This document shows, in pieces, positions 1-15,000 of a stretch of DNA of 64,000 bases (the first letter of the stretch is position 1; every line of letters starts with the position of its first letter). Below the pieces are notes generated by a model. It saw only the letters and a list, made by a program, of their open reading frames with translations. It had not been told where the DNA came from and ran no database searches. This DNA is from Nemertoderma westbladi (Eukaryota; Animalia; Xenacoelomorpha): contig JAUCBJ010009110.1 of NCBI GenBank assembly GCA_032718475.1, positions 21,807-85,806 on the forward strand. Direction: 5' to 3'. A program made the position numbers and the translations under genes.

Positions 1-3000
1 ACCACCAATTAATGATCTATCCTCTTTTACTGTAGACCAGTCTGCTCGTGGTTGTTGTGTATGCTGCTCCACTTGTGTTCTGGAATATTTTATCCTCTTT
101 TAATCGAACCACCAATTAATGATCTATCCTCTTTTACTGTAGACCAGTCTGCTCGTGGTTGTTGTGTATGCTGCGCCACTTGTGTTCTGGAATATTTTAT
201 CCTCTTCTAATCGAACCCCAATTAATGATCTATCCTCTTTTACTGTAGACCAGTCTGCTCGTGGTTGTTGTGTATGCTGCTCCACTTGTGTTCTGGAATA
301 TTTTATCCTCTATTAACAGAATCACCAATTAATGATCTATCCTCTTTTACTGTAGACCAGTCTGCTCGTGGTTGTTGTGTATGCTGCGCCACTTTTGTTC
401 TGGAATATTTTATCCTCTATTAATAGAATCACCAATTAATGATCTATCCTCTTTTACTGTAGACCAGTCTGCTCGTGGTTGTTGTGTATGCTGCACCACT
501 TGTGTTCTGGAATATTTTATCCTCCTTTAATCGAACCACCAATTAATGATCTATCCTCTTTTACTGTAGACCAGTCTGCTCGTGGTTGTTGTGTATGCTG
601 CGCCACTTTTGTTCTGGAATATTTTATCCTCTATTAATAGAATCACCAATTAATGATCTATCCTCTTTTACTGTAGACCAGTCTGCTCGTGGTTGTTGTG
701 TATGCTGCACCACTTGTGTTCTGGAATATTTTATCCTCCTTTAATCGAACCACCAATTAATGATCTATCCTCTTTTACAGTAGACCAGTCTGCTCGTGGT
801 TGTTGTGTATGCTGCTCCACTTGTGTTCTGGAATATTTTATCCTCTTTTAATCGAACCACCAATTAATTATATATCCTCTGTTACTGTAGACCAGTCGGC
901 TCGTGGTTGTTGTGTATGCTGCTCCACTTGTGTTCTGGAATATTTTATCCTCTTTTAATCGAACCACCAATTAATTATATATCCTCTGTTACTGTAGACC
1001 AGTCTGCTCGTGGTTGTTGTGTATGCTGCTCCACTTGTGTTCTGGAATATTTTATCCTCTTTTAATCGAACCACCAATTAATGATCTATCCTCTTTTACT
1101 GTAGACCAGTCTGCTCGTGGTTGTTGTGTATGCTGCGCCACTTTTGTTCTGGAATATTTTATCCTCTTTTAATCGAACCACCAATTAATGATCTATCCTC
1201 TTTTACTGTAGACCAGTCTGCTCGTGGTTGTTGTGTATGCTGCTCCACTTGTGTTCTGGAATATTTTATCCTCTTTTAATCGAACCACCAATTAATGATC
1301 TATCCTCATTTACTGTATACCAGTCGGCTTGTGGTTGTTGTGTATGCTGCGCCTCTTGTGTTCTGGAATATTTTATCCTCTTTTAATCGAACCACCAATT
1401 AATGATCTATCCTCTTTTACTGTAGACCAGTCTGCTCGTGGTTGTTGTGTATGCCGCTCCACTTGTGTTCTGGAATATTTTATCCTCTTTTAATCGAACC
1501 ACCAATTAATGATCTATCCTCTTTTACTGTAGACCAGTCTGCTCGTGGTTGTTGTGTATGCTGCGTCACTTTTGTTCTGGAATATTTTATCCTCTTTTAA
1601 TCGAACCACCAATTAATGATCTATCCTCTTTTACTGTAGACCAGTCTGCTCGTGGTTGTTGTGTATGCTGCGCCACTTTTGTTCTGGAATATTTTATCCT
1701 CTTTTAATCGAACCACCAATTAATGATCTATCCTCTTTTACTGTAGACCAGTCTGCTCGTGGTTGTTGTGTATGCTGCGCCACTTGTGTTCTGGAATATT
1801 TTATCCTCTTTTAATCGAACCACCAATTAATGATCTATCCTCTTTTACTGTAGACCAGCCTGCTCGTGGTTGTTGTGTATGCTGCGCCACTTGTGTTCTG
1901 GAATATTTTATCCTCTTTTAATCGAACCACCAATTAATGATCTATCCTCTTTTACTGTAGACCAGTCTGCTCGTGGTTGTTGTGTATGCTGCGCCACTTG
2001 TGTTCTGGAATATTTTATCCTCTTTTAATCGAACCACCAATTAATGATCTATCCTCTTTTACTGTAGACCAGCCTTCTCGTGGTTGTTGTGTATGCTGCG
2101 CCACTTGTGTTCTGGAATATTTTATCCTCTTTTAATCGAACCACCAATTAATGATCTATCCTCTTTTACTGTAGACCAGTCTGCTCGTGGTTGTTGTGTA
2201 TGCTGCTCCACTTGTGTTCTGGAATATTTTATCCTCTTTTAATCGAACCACCAATTAATGATCTATCCTCTTTTACTGTAGACCAGTCTGCTCGTGGTTG
2301 TTGTGTATGCTGCGCCACTTTTGTTCTGGAATATTTTATCCTCTATTAATAGAATCACCAATTAATGATCTATCCTCTTTTACTGTAGACGAGTCTGCTC
2401 GTGGTTGTTGTGTATGCTGCACCACTTGTGTTCTGGAATATTTTATCCTCCTTTAATCGAACCACCAATTAATGATCTATCCTCTTTTACTGTAGACCAG
2501 TCTGCTCGTGGTTGTTGTGTATGCTGCTCCACTTGTGTTCTGGAATATTTTATCCTCTTTTAATCGAACCACCAATTAATGAGCTATCCTCTTTTACTGT
2601 AGACCAGTCTGCTCGTGGTTGTTGTGTATGCTGCTCCACTTGTGTTCTGGAATATTTTATCCTCTTTTAATCGAACCACCAATTAATGAGCTATCCTCTT
2701 TTACTGTAGACCAGTCTGCTCGTGGTTGTTGTGTATGCTGCTCCAATTGTGTTCTGGAATATTTTATCCTCTTTTAATCGAACCACCAATTAATGATCTA
2801 TCCTCTTTTACTGTAGACCAGTCTGCTCGTGGTTGTTGTGTATGCTGCGCCACTTTTGTTCTGGAATATTTTATCCTCTTTTAATCGAACCACCAATTAA
2901 TGATCTATCCTCTTTTACTGTAGACCAGTCTGCTCGTGGTTGTTGTGTATGCTGCGCCACTTTTGTTCTGGAATATTTTATCCTCTTTTAATCGAACCAC

Positions 3001-6000
3001 CAATTAATGATCTATCCTCTTTTACTGTAGACCAGTCTGCTCGTGGTTGTTGTGTATGCTGCGCCACTTGTGTTCTGGAATATTTTATCCTCTTTTAATC
3101 GAACCACCAATTAATGATCTATCCTCTTTTACTGTAGACCAGCCTGCTCGTGGTTGTTGTGTATGCTGCGCCACTTGTGTTCTGGAATATTTTATCCTCT
3201 TTTAATCGAACCACCAATTAATGATCTATCCTCTTTTACTGTAGACCAGTCTGCTCGTGGTTGTTGTGTATGCTGCGCCACTTGTGTTCTGGAATATTTT
3301 ATCCTCTTTTAATCGAACCACCAATTAATGATCTATCCTCTTTTACTGTAGACCAGCCTGCTCGTGGTTGTTGTGTATGCTGCGCCACTTGTGTTCTGGA
3401 ATATTTTATCCTCTTTTAATCGAACCACCAATTAATGATCTATCCTCTTTTACTGTAGACCAGTCTGCTCGTGGTTGTTGTGTATGCTGCTCCACTTGTG
3501 TTCTGGAATATATTATCCTCTTTTAATCGAACCACCAATTAATGATCTATCCTCTTTTACTGTAGACCAGTCTGCTCGTGGTTGTTGTGTATGCTGCGCC
3601 ACTTTTGTTCTGGAATATTTTATCCTCTATTAATAGAATCACCAATTAATGATCTATCCTCTTTTACTGTAGACCAGTCTGCTCGTGGTTGTTGTGTATG
3701 CTGCACCACTTGTGTTCTGGAATATTTTATCCTCCTTTAATCGAACCACCAATTAATGATCTATCCTCTTTTACTGTAGACCAGTCTGCTCGTGGTTGTT
3801 GTGTATGCTACTCCACTTGTGTTCTGGAATATTTTATCCTCTTTTAATCGAACCACCAATTAATGAGCTATCCTCTTTTACTGTAGACCAGTCTGCTCGT
3901 GGTTGTTGTGTATGCTGCTCCACTTGTGTTCTGGAATATTTTATCCTCTTTTAATCGAACCACCAATTAATGAGCTATCCTCTTTTACTGTAGACCAGTC
4001 TGCTCGTGGTTGTTGTGTATGCTGCGCCACTTGTGTTCTGGAATATTTTATCCTCTTTTAATCGAACCACCAATTAATGATCTATCCTCTTTTACTGTAG
4101 ACCAGTCTGCTCGTGGTTGTTGTGTATGCTGCTCCACTTGTGTTCTGGAATATTTTATCCTCTTTTAATCGAACCACCAATTAATGATCTATCCTCTTTT
4201 ACTGTAGACCAGTCTGCTCGTGGTTGTTGTGTATGCTGCACCACTTGTGTTCTGGAATATTTTATCCTCTATTAATAGAATCACCAATTAATGATCTATC
4301 CTCTTTTACTGTAGACCAGTCTGCTCGTGGTTGTTGTGTATGCTGCACCACTTGTGTTCTGGAATATTTTATCCTCTTTTAATCGAACCACCAATTAATG
4401 ATCTATCCTCTTTTACTGTAGACCAATCTGCTCGTGGTTGTTGTGTATGCTGCACCACTTGTGTTCTGGAATATTTTATCCTCTTTTAATCGAACCACCA
4501 ATTAATGATCTATCCTCTTTTACTGTAGACCAGTCTGCTCGTGGTTGTTGTGTATGCTGCGCCACTTGTGTTCTGGAATATTTTATCCTCTTTTAATCGA
4601 ACCACCAATTAATGATCTATCCTCTTTTACTGTAGACCAGTCTGCTCGTGGTTGTTGTGTATGCTGCTCCACTTGTGTTCTGGAATATTTTATCCTCTTT
4701 TAATCGAACCACCAATTAATGATCTATCCTCTTTTACTGTAGACCAGTCTGCTCGTGGTTGTTGTGTATGCTGCGCCACTTGTGTTCTGGAATATTTTAT
4801 CCTCTTTTAATCGAACCACCAATTAATGATCTATCCTCTTTTACTGTAGACCAGTCTGCTCGTGGTTGTTGTGTATGCTGCACCACTTGTGTTCTGGAAT
4901 ATTTTATCCTCTTTTAATCGAACCACCAATTAATGATCTATCCTCTTTTACTGTAGACCAGTCTGCTCGTGGTTGTTGTGTATGCTGCACCACTTGTGTT
5001 CTGGAATATTTTATCCTCTTTTAATCGAACCACCAATTAATGATCTATCCTCTTTTACTGTAGACCAGTCTGCTCGTGGTTGTTGTGTATGCTGCGCCAC
5101 TTGTGTTCTGGAATATTTTATCCTCTTTTAATCGAACCACCAATTAATGATCTATCCTCTTTTACTGTAGACCAGTCTGCTCGTGGTTGTTGTGTATGCT
5201 GCTCCACTTGTGTTCTGGAATATTTTATCCTCTTTTAATCGAACCACCAATTAATGATCTATCCTCTTTTACTGTAGACCAGTCTGCTCGTGGTTGTTGT
5301 GTATGCTGCGCCACTTGTGTTCTGGAATATTTTATCCTCTTTTAATCGAACCACCAATTAATGATCTATCCTCTTTTACTGTAGACCAGTCTGCTCGTGG
5401 TTGTTGTGTATGCTGCTCCACTTGTGTTCTGGAATATTTTATCCTCTTTTAATCGAACCACCAATTAATGATCTATCCTCTTTTACTGTAGACCAGTCTG
5501 CTCGTGGTTGTTGTGTATGCTGCACCACTTGTGTTCTGGAATATTTTATCCTCTATTAATAGAATCACCAATTAATGATCTATCCTCTTTTACTGTAGAC
5601 CAGTCTGCTCGTGGTTGTTGTGTATGCTGCACCACTTGTGTTCTGGAATATTTTATCCTCTTTTAATCGAACCACCAATTAATGATCTATCCTCTTTTAC
5701 TGTAGACCAGTCTGCTCGTGGTTGTTGTGTATGCTGCACCACTTGTGTTGTGGAATATTTTATCCTCCTTTAATCGAACCACCAATTAATGATCTATCCT
5801 CTTTTACTGTAGACCAGTCTGCTCGTGGTTGTTGTGTATGCTGCGCCACTTGTGTTCTGGAATATTTTATCCTCCTTTAATCGAACCACCAATTAATGAT
5901 CTATCCTCTTTTACTGTATACCAGTCTGCTCGTGGTTGTTGTGTATGCTGCTCCACTTGTGTTCTGGAATATTTTATCCTCTTTTAATCGAACCACCAAT

Positions 6001-9000
6001 TAATGATCTATCCTCTTTTACTGTAGACCAGTCTGCTCGTGGTTGTTGTGTATGCTGCGCCACTTGTGTTCTGGAATATTTTATCCTCTTTTAATCGAAC
6101 CACCAATTAATGATCTATCCTCTTTTACTGTAGACCAGTCTGCTCGTGGTTGTTGTGTATGCTGCGCCACTTGTGTTCTGGAATATTTTATCCTCTTTTA
6201 ATCGAACCACCAATTAATGATCTATCCTCTTTTACTGTAGACCAGTCTGCTCGTGGTTGTTGTGTATGCTGCGCCACTTGTGTTCTGGAATATTTTATCC
6301 TCTTTTAATCGAACCACCAATTAATGATCTATCCTCTTTTACTGTAGACCAGTCTGCTCGTGGTTGTTGTGTATGCTGCGCCACTTGTGTTCTGGAATAT
6401 TTTATCCTCTTTTAATCGAACCACCAATTAATGATCTATCCTCTTTTACTGTAGACCAGTCTGCTCGTGGTTGTTGTGTATGCTGCGCCACTTGTGTTCT
6501 GGAATATTTTATCCTCTTTTAATCGAACCACCAATTAATGATCTATCCTCTTTTACTGTAGACCAGTCTGCTCGTGGTTGTTGTGTATGCTGCGCCACTT
6601 GTGTTCTGGAATATTTTATCCTCTTTTAATCGAACCACCAATTAATGATCTATCCTCTTTTACTGTAGACCAGTCTGCTCGTGGTTGTTGTGTATGCTGC
6701 TCCACTTGTGTTCTGGAATATTTTATCCTCTTTTAATCGAACCACCAATTAATGATCTATCCTCTTTTACTGTAGACCAGTCTGCTCGTGGTTGTTGTGT
6801 ATGCTGCGCCACTTTTGTTCTGGAATATTTTATCCTCTATTAATAGAATCACCAATTAATGATCTATCCTCTTTTACTGTAGACCAGTCTGCTCGTGGTT
6901 GTTGTGTATGCTGCACCACTTGTGTTCTGGAATATTTTATCCTCCTTTAATCGAACCACCAATTAATGATCTATCCTCTTTTACTGTAGACCAGTCTGCT
7001 CGTGGTTGTTGTGTATGCTACTCCACTTGTGTTCTGGAATATTTTATCCTCTTTTAATCGAACCACCAATTAATGAGCTATCCTCTTTTACTGTAGACCA
7101 GTCTGCTCGTGGTTGTTGTGTATGCTGCTCCACTTGTGTTCTGGAATATTTTATCCTCTTTTAATCGAACCACCAATTAATGAGCTATCCTCTTTTACTG
7201 TAGACCAGTCTGCTCGTGGTTGTTGTGTATGCTGCGCCACTTGTGTTCTGGAATATTTTATCCTCTTTTAATCGAACCACCAATTAATGATCTATCCTCT
7301 TTTACTGTAGACCAGTCTGCTCGTGGTTGTTGTGTATGCTGCTCCACTTGTGTTCTGGAATATTTTATCCTCTTTTAATCGAACCACCAATTAATGATCT
7401 ATCCTCTTTTACTGTAGACCAGTCTGCTCGTGGTTGTTGTGTATGCTGCACCACTTGTGTTCTGGAATATTTTATCCTCTATTAATAGAATCACCAATTA
7501 ATGATCTATCCTCTTTTACTGTAGACCAGTCTGCTCGTGGTTGTTGTGTATGCTGCACCACTTGTGTTCTGGAATATTTTATCCTCTTTTAATCGAACCA
7601 CCAATTAATGATCTATCCTCTTTTACTGTAGACCAATCTGCTCGTGGTTGTTGTGTATGCTGCACCACTTGTGTTGTGGAATATTTTATCCTCCTTTAAT
7701 CGAACCACCAATTAATGATCTATCCTCTTTTACTGTAGACCAGTCTGCTCGTGGTTGTTGTGTATGCTGCGCCACTTGTGTTCTGGAATATTTTATCCTC
7801 CTTTAATCGAACCACCAATTAATGATCTATCCTCTTTTACTGTATACCAGTCTGCTCGTGGTTGTTGTGTATGCTGCACCACTTGTGTACTGGAATATTT
7901 TATCCTCTTTTAATCGAACCACCAATTAATGATCTATCCTCTTTTACTGTAGACCAGTCTGCTTGTGGTTGTTGTGTATGCTGCGCCACTTGTGTTCTGG
8001 AAAATTTTATCCTCTTTTAATCGAACCACCAATTAATGATCTATCCTCTTTTACTGTAGACCAGTCTGCTCGTGGTTGTTGTGTATGCTGCACCACTTGT
8101 GTTCTGGAATATTTTATCCTCTTTTAATCGAACCACCAATTAATGATCTATCCTCTTTTACTGTAGACCAGTCTGCTCGTGGTTGTTGTGTATGCTGCAC
8201 CACTTGTGTTCTGGAATATTTTATCCTCTTTTAATCGAACCACCAATTAATGATCTATCCTCTTTTACTGTAGACCAGTCTGCTCGTGGTTGTTGTGTAT
8301 GCTGCGCCACTTGTGTTCTGGAATATTTTATCCTCTTTTAATCGAACCACCAATTGATGATCTATCCTCTTTTACTGTATACCAGTCTGCTCGTGGTTGT
8401 TGTGTATGCTGCACCACTTGTGTACTGGAATATTTTATCCTCTTTTAATCGAACCACCAATTAATGATCTATCCTCTTTTACTGTAGACCAGTCTGCTCG
8501 TGGTTGTTGTGTATGCTGCGCCACTTGTGTTCTGGAATATTTTATCCTCTTCTAATCGAACCCCAATTAATGATCTATCCTCTTTTACTGTAGACCAGTC
8601 TGCTCGTGGTTGTTGTGTATGCTGCTCCACTTGTGTTCTGGAATATTTTATCCTCTATTAACAGAATCACCAATTAATGATCTATCCTCTTTTACTGTAG
8701 ACCAGTCTGCTCGTGGTTGTTGTGTATGCTGCGCCACTTTTGTTCTGGAATATTTTATCCTCTATTAATAGAATCACCAATTAATGATCTATCCTCTTTT
8801 ACTGTAGACCAGTCTGCTCGTGGTTGTTGTGTATGCTGCACCACTTGTGTTCTGGAATATTTTATCCTCCTTTAATCGAACCACCAATTAATGATCTATC
8901 CTCTTTTACTGTAGACCAGTCTGCTCGTGGTTGTTGTGTATGCTACTCCACTTGTGTTCTGGAATATTTTATCCTCTTTTAATCGAACCACCAATTAATG

Positions 9001-12000
9001 AGCTATCCTCTTTTACTGTAGACCAGTCTGCTCGTGGTTGTTGTGTATGCTGCTCCACTTGTGTTCTGGAATATTTTATCCTCTTTTAATCGAACCACCA
9101 ATTAATGAGCTATCCTCTTTTACTGTAGACCAGTCTGCTCGTGGTTGTTGTGTATGCTGCGCCACTTGTGTTCTGGAATATTTTATCCTCTTTTAATCGA
9201 ACCACCAATTAATGATCTATCCTCTTTTACTGTAGACCAGTCTGCTCGTGGTTGTTGTGTATGCTGCTCCACTTGTGTTCTGGAATATTTTATCCTCTTT
9301 TAATCGAACCACCAATTAATGATCTATCCTCTTTTACTGTAGACCAGTCTGCTCGTGGTTGTTGTGTATGCTGCACCACTTGTGTTCTGGAATATTTTAT
9401 CCTCTATTAATAGAATCACCAATTAATGATCTATCCTCTTTTACTGTAGACCAGTCTGCTCGTGGTTGTTGTGTATGCTGCACCACTTGTGTTCTGGAAT
9501 ATTTTATCCTCTTTTAATCGAACCACCAATTAATGATCTATCCTCTTTTACTGTAGACCAATCTGCTCGTGGTTGTTGTGTATGCTGCACCACTTGTGTT
9601 GTGGAATATTTTATCCTCCTTTAATCGAACCACCAATTAATGATCTATCCTCTTTTACTGTAGACCAGTCTGCTCGTGGTTGTTGTGTATGCTGCGCCAC
9701 TTGTGTTCTGGAATATTTTATCCTCTTTTAATCGAACCACCAATTAATGATCTATCCTCTTTTACTGTAGACCAGTCTGCTCGTGGTTGTTGTGTATGCT
9801 GCGCCACTTTTGTTCTGGAATATTTTATCCTCTTTTAATCGAACCACCAATTAATGATCTATCCTCTTTTACTGTAGACCAGTCTGCTCGTGGTTGTTGT
9901 GTATGCTGCTCCACTTGTGTTCTGGAATATTTTATCATCTTTTAATCGAACCACCAATTAATGATCTATCCTCTTTTACTGTAGACCAGTCGGCTCGTGG
10001 TTGTTGTGTATGCTGCGCCACTTGTGTTCTGGAATATTTTATCCTCTTTTAATCGAACCACCAATTAATGATCTATCCTCTTTTACTGTAGACCAGTCTG
10101 CTCGTGGTTGTTGTGTATGCTGCTCCACTTGTGTTCTGGAATATTTTATCCTCTTTTAATCGAACCACCAATTAATGATCTATCCTCTTTTACTGTAGAC
10201 CAGTTTGCTCGTGGTTGTTGTGTATGCTGCGCCACTTTTGTTCTGGAATATTTTATCCTCTTTTAATCGAACCACCAATTAATGATCTATCCTCTTTTAC
10301 TGTAGACCAGTCTGCTCGTGGTTGTTGTGTATGCTGCGCCACTTTTGTTCTGGAATATTTTATCCTCTTTTAATCGAACCACCAATTAATGATATATCCT
10401 CTTTTACTGTAGACCAGTCTGCTCGTGGTTGTTGTGTATGCTGCTCCACTTGTGTTCTGGAATATTTTATCCTCTTTTAATCGAACCACCAATTAATGAT
10501 CTATCCTCTTTTACTGTAGACCAGTTTGCTCGTGGTTGTTGTGTATGCTGCGCCACTTTTGTTCTGGAATATTTTATCCTCTTTTAATCGAACCACCAAT
10601 TAATGATCTATCCTCTTTTACTGTAGACCAGTCTGCTCGTGGTTGTTGTGTATGCTGCGCCACTTTTGTTCTGGAATATTTTATCCTCTTTTAATCGAAC
10701 CACCAATTAATGATCTATCCTCTTTTACTGTAGACCAGTCTGCTCGTGGTTGTTGTGTATGCTGCGCCACTTTTGTTCTGGAATATTTTATCCTCTTTTA
10801 ATCGAACCACCAATTAATGATCTATCCTCTTTTACTGTAGACCAGTCTGCTCGTGGTTGTTGTGTATGCTGCGCCACTTGTGTTCTGGAATATTTTATCC
10901 TCTTTTAATCGAACCACCAATTAATGATATATCCTCTGTTACTGTAGACCAGTCTGCTCGTGGTTGTTGTGTATGCTGCGCCACTTTTGTTCTGGAATAT
11001 TTTATCCTCTTTTAATCGAACCACCAATTAATGATCTATCCTCTTTTACTGTAGACCAGTCTGCTCGTGGTTGTTGTGTATGCTGCGCCACTTGTGTTCT
11101 GGAATATTTTATCCTCTTTTAATCGAACCACCAATTAATGATATATCCTCTGTTACTGTAGACCAGTCTGCTCGTGGTTGTTGTGTATGCTGCGCCACTT
11201 GTGTTCTGGAATATTTTATCCTCTTTTAATCGAACCACCAATTAATGATATATCCTCTGTTACTGTAGACAAGTCTGCTCGTGGTTGCTGTGTATGCTGC
11301 GCCACTTGTGTTCTGGAATATTTTATCCTCTTTTAATTGAATAACGAATTAATGATATATTCTCTATTACTGTAGACCAATCTGCTCGTGGTTGTTGTGT
11401 ATGCTGCACGACTTGTGTTCTGGAACATTTTATCCTCTTTTAATTGAATAACCAATTAATGATATATCCTCTGTTATTGTAGACCAGTCTGCTCGTGGTT
11501 GTTGTGTATGTGGCGCCACTTGTGTTCTGGAATATTTTATCCTCCTTTAATAGAACCACCAATTAATGATCTATCCTCTTTTACTGGAGACCAGTCTGCT
11601 CGTGGTTGATGTGTATGCTGCACCACTTGTGTTCTGGAATATTTTATCCTCTTTTAATTGAATAACCAATTAATGATATATCCTCTGTTATTGTAGACCA
11701 GCCTGCTCGTGGTTGTTGTGTATGTGGCGCCACTTGTGTTCTGGAATATTTTATCCTCCTTTAATCGAACCACCAATTAATGATCTATCCTCTTTTAATG
11801 GAGACCAGTCTGCTCGTGGTTGTTTTGTATGCTGCACCACTTGTGTTCTGGAATATTTTATCTTCTTTTAATCGAACCACCAATTAATGATCTATCCTCT
11901 TTTACTGTAGGCCAGTCTGCACGTGGTTGTTGTGTATGCTGCACCACTTGTGATCTGGAATATTTTATCCTCCTTTAATCGAACCACCAATAAATGATCT

Positions 12001-15000
12001 ATCCTCTTTTACTGTAGACCAGTCTGCTCGTGGTTGTTGTGTATGCTGCGCCACTTTTGTTCTGGAATATTTTATCCTCTTTTAATCGAACCACCAATTA
12101 ATGATCTATCCTCTTTTACTGTAGACCAATCTGCTCGTGGTTGTTGTGTATGCTGCACCACTTGTGTTCTGGAATATTTTATCCTCTTTTAATCGAACCA
12201 CCAATTAATGATCTATCCTCTTTTACTGTAGACCAGTCTGCTCGTGGTTGTTGTGTATGCTGCACCACTTGTGTTTTGGAATATTTTATCCTCTTTTAAT
12301 CGAACCACCAATTAATGATCTATCCTCTTTTACTGTAGACCAATCGGCTCGTGGTTGTTGTGTATGCTGCACCACTTGTGTTCTGGAATATTTTATCCTC
12401 TTTTAATCGAACCACCAATTAATGATCTATCCTCTTTTACTGTAGACCAGTCTGCTCGTGGTTGTTGTGTATGCTGCACCACTTGTGTTCTGGAATATTT
12501 TATCCTCTTTTAATCGAACCACCAATTAATGATCTATCCTCTTTTACTGTAGACCAATCGGCTCGTGGTTGTTGTGTATGCTGCACCACTTGTGTTCTGG
12601 AATATTTTATCCTCTTTTAATCGAACCACCAATTAATGATCTATCCTCTTTTACTGTAGACCAATCGGCTCGTGGTTGTTGTGTATGCTGCACCACTTGT
12701 GTTCTGGAATATTTTATCCTCTTTTAATCGAACCACCAATTAATGATCTATCCTCTTTTACTGTAGACCAGTCTGCTCGTGGTTGTTGTGTATGCTGCGC
12801 CACTTTTGTTCTGGAATATTTTATCCTCTATTAATAGAATCACCAATTAATGATCTATCCTCTTTTACTGTAGACCAGTCTGCTCGTGGTTGTTGTGTAT
12901 GCTGCACCACTTGTGTTCTGGAATATTTTATCCTCCTTTAATCGAACCACCAATTAATGATCTATCCTCTTTTACAGTAGACCAGTCTGCTCGTGGTTGT
13001 TGTGTATGCTGCTCCACTTGTGTTCTGGAATATTTTATCCTCTTTTAATCGAACCACCAATTAATTATATATCCTCTGTTACTGTAGACCAGTCGGCTCG
13101 TGGTTGTTGTGTATGCTGCTCCACTTGTGTTCTGGAATATTTTATCCTCTTTTAATCGAACCACCAATTAATTATATATCCTCTGTTACTGTAGACCAGT
13201 CTGCTCGTGGTTGTTGTGTATGCTGCTCCACTTGTGTTCTGGAATATTTTATCCTCTTTTAATCGAACCACCAATTAATGATCTATCCTCTTTTACTGTA
13301 GACCAGTCTGCTCGTGGTTGTTGTGTATGCTGCGCCACTTTTGTTCTGGAATATTTTATCCTCTTTTAATCGAACCACCAATTAATGATCTATCCTCTTT
13401 TACTGTAGACCAGTCTGCTCGTGGTTGTTGTGTATGCTGCTCCACTTGTGTTCTGGAATATTTTATCCTCTTTTAATCGAACCACCAATTAATGATCTAT
13501 CCTCATTTACTGTATACCAGTCGGCTTGTGGTTGTTGTGTATGCTGCGCCTCTTGTGTTCTGGAATATTTTATCCTCTTTTAATCGAACCACCAATTAAT
13601 GATCTATCCTCTTTTACTGTAGACCAGTCTGCTCGTGGTTGTTGTGTATGCCGCTCCACTTGTGTTCTGGAATATTTTATCCTCTTTTAATTGAATAACC
13701 AATTAATGATATATCCTCTGTTATTGTAGACCAGCCTGCTCGTGGTTGTTGTGTATGTGGCGCCACTTGTGTTCTGGAATATTTTATCCTCCTTTAATCG
13801 AACCACCAATTAATGATCTATCCTCTTTTAATGGAGACCAGTCTGCTCGTGGTTGTTTTGTATGCTGCACCACTTGTGTTCTGGAATATTTTATCTTCTT
13901 TTAATCGAACCACCAATTAATGATCTATCCTCTTTTACTGTAGGCCAGTCTGCACGTGGTTGTTGTGTATGCTGCACCACTTGTGATCTGGAATATTTTA
14001 TCCTCCTTTAATCGAACCACCAATAAATGATCTATCCTCTTTTACTGTAGACCAGTCTGCTCGTGGTTGTTGTGTATGCTGCGCCACTTTTGTTCTGGAA
14101 TATTTTATCCTCTTTTAATCGAACCACCAATTAATGATCTATCCTCTTTTACTGTAGACCAATCTGCTCGTGGTTGTTGTGTATGCTGCACCACTTGTGT
14201 TCTGGAATATTTTATCCTCTTTTAATCGAACCACCAATTAATGATCTATCCTCTTTTACTGTAGACCAGTCTGCTCGTGGTTGTTGTGTATGCTGCACCA
14301 CTTGTGTTTTGGAATATTTTATCCTCTTTTAATCGAACCACCAATTAATGATCTATCCTCTTTTACTGTAGACCAATCGGCTCGTGGTTGTTGTGTATGC
14401 TGCACCACTTGTGTTCTGGAATATTTTATCCTCTTTTAATCGAACCACCAATTAATGATCTATCCTCTTTTACTGTAGACCAGTCTGCTCGTGGTTGTTG
14501 TGTATGCTGCACCACTTGTGTTCTGGAATATTTTATCCTCTTTTAATCGAACCACCAATTAATGATCTATCCTCTTTTACTGTAGACCAATCGGCTCGTG
14601 GTTGTTGTGTATGCTGCACCACTTGTGTTCTGGAATATTTTATCCTCTTTTAATCGAACCACCAATTAATGATCTATCCTCTTTTACTGTAGACCAATCG
14701 GCTCGTGGTTGTTGTGTATGCTGCACCACTTGTGTTCTGGAATATTTTATCCTCTTTTAATCGAACCACCAATTAATGATCTATCCTCTTTTACTGTAGA
14801 CCAGTCTGCTCGTGGTTGTTGTGTATGCTGCACCACTTGTGTTCTGGAATATTTTATCCTCTTTTAATCGAACCACCAATTAATGATCTATCCTCTTTTA
14901 CTGTAGACCAATCGGCTCGTGGTTGTTGTGTATGCTGCACCACTTGTGTTCTGGAATATTTTATCCTCTTTTAATCGAACCACCAATTAATGATCTATCC

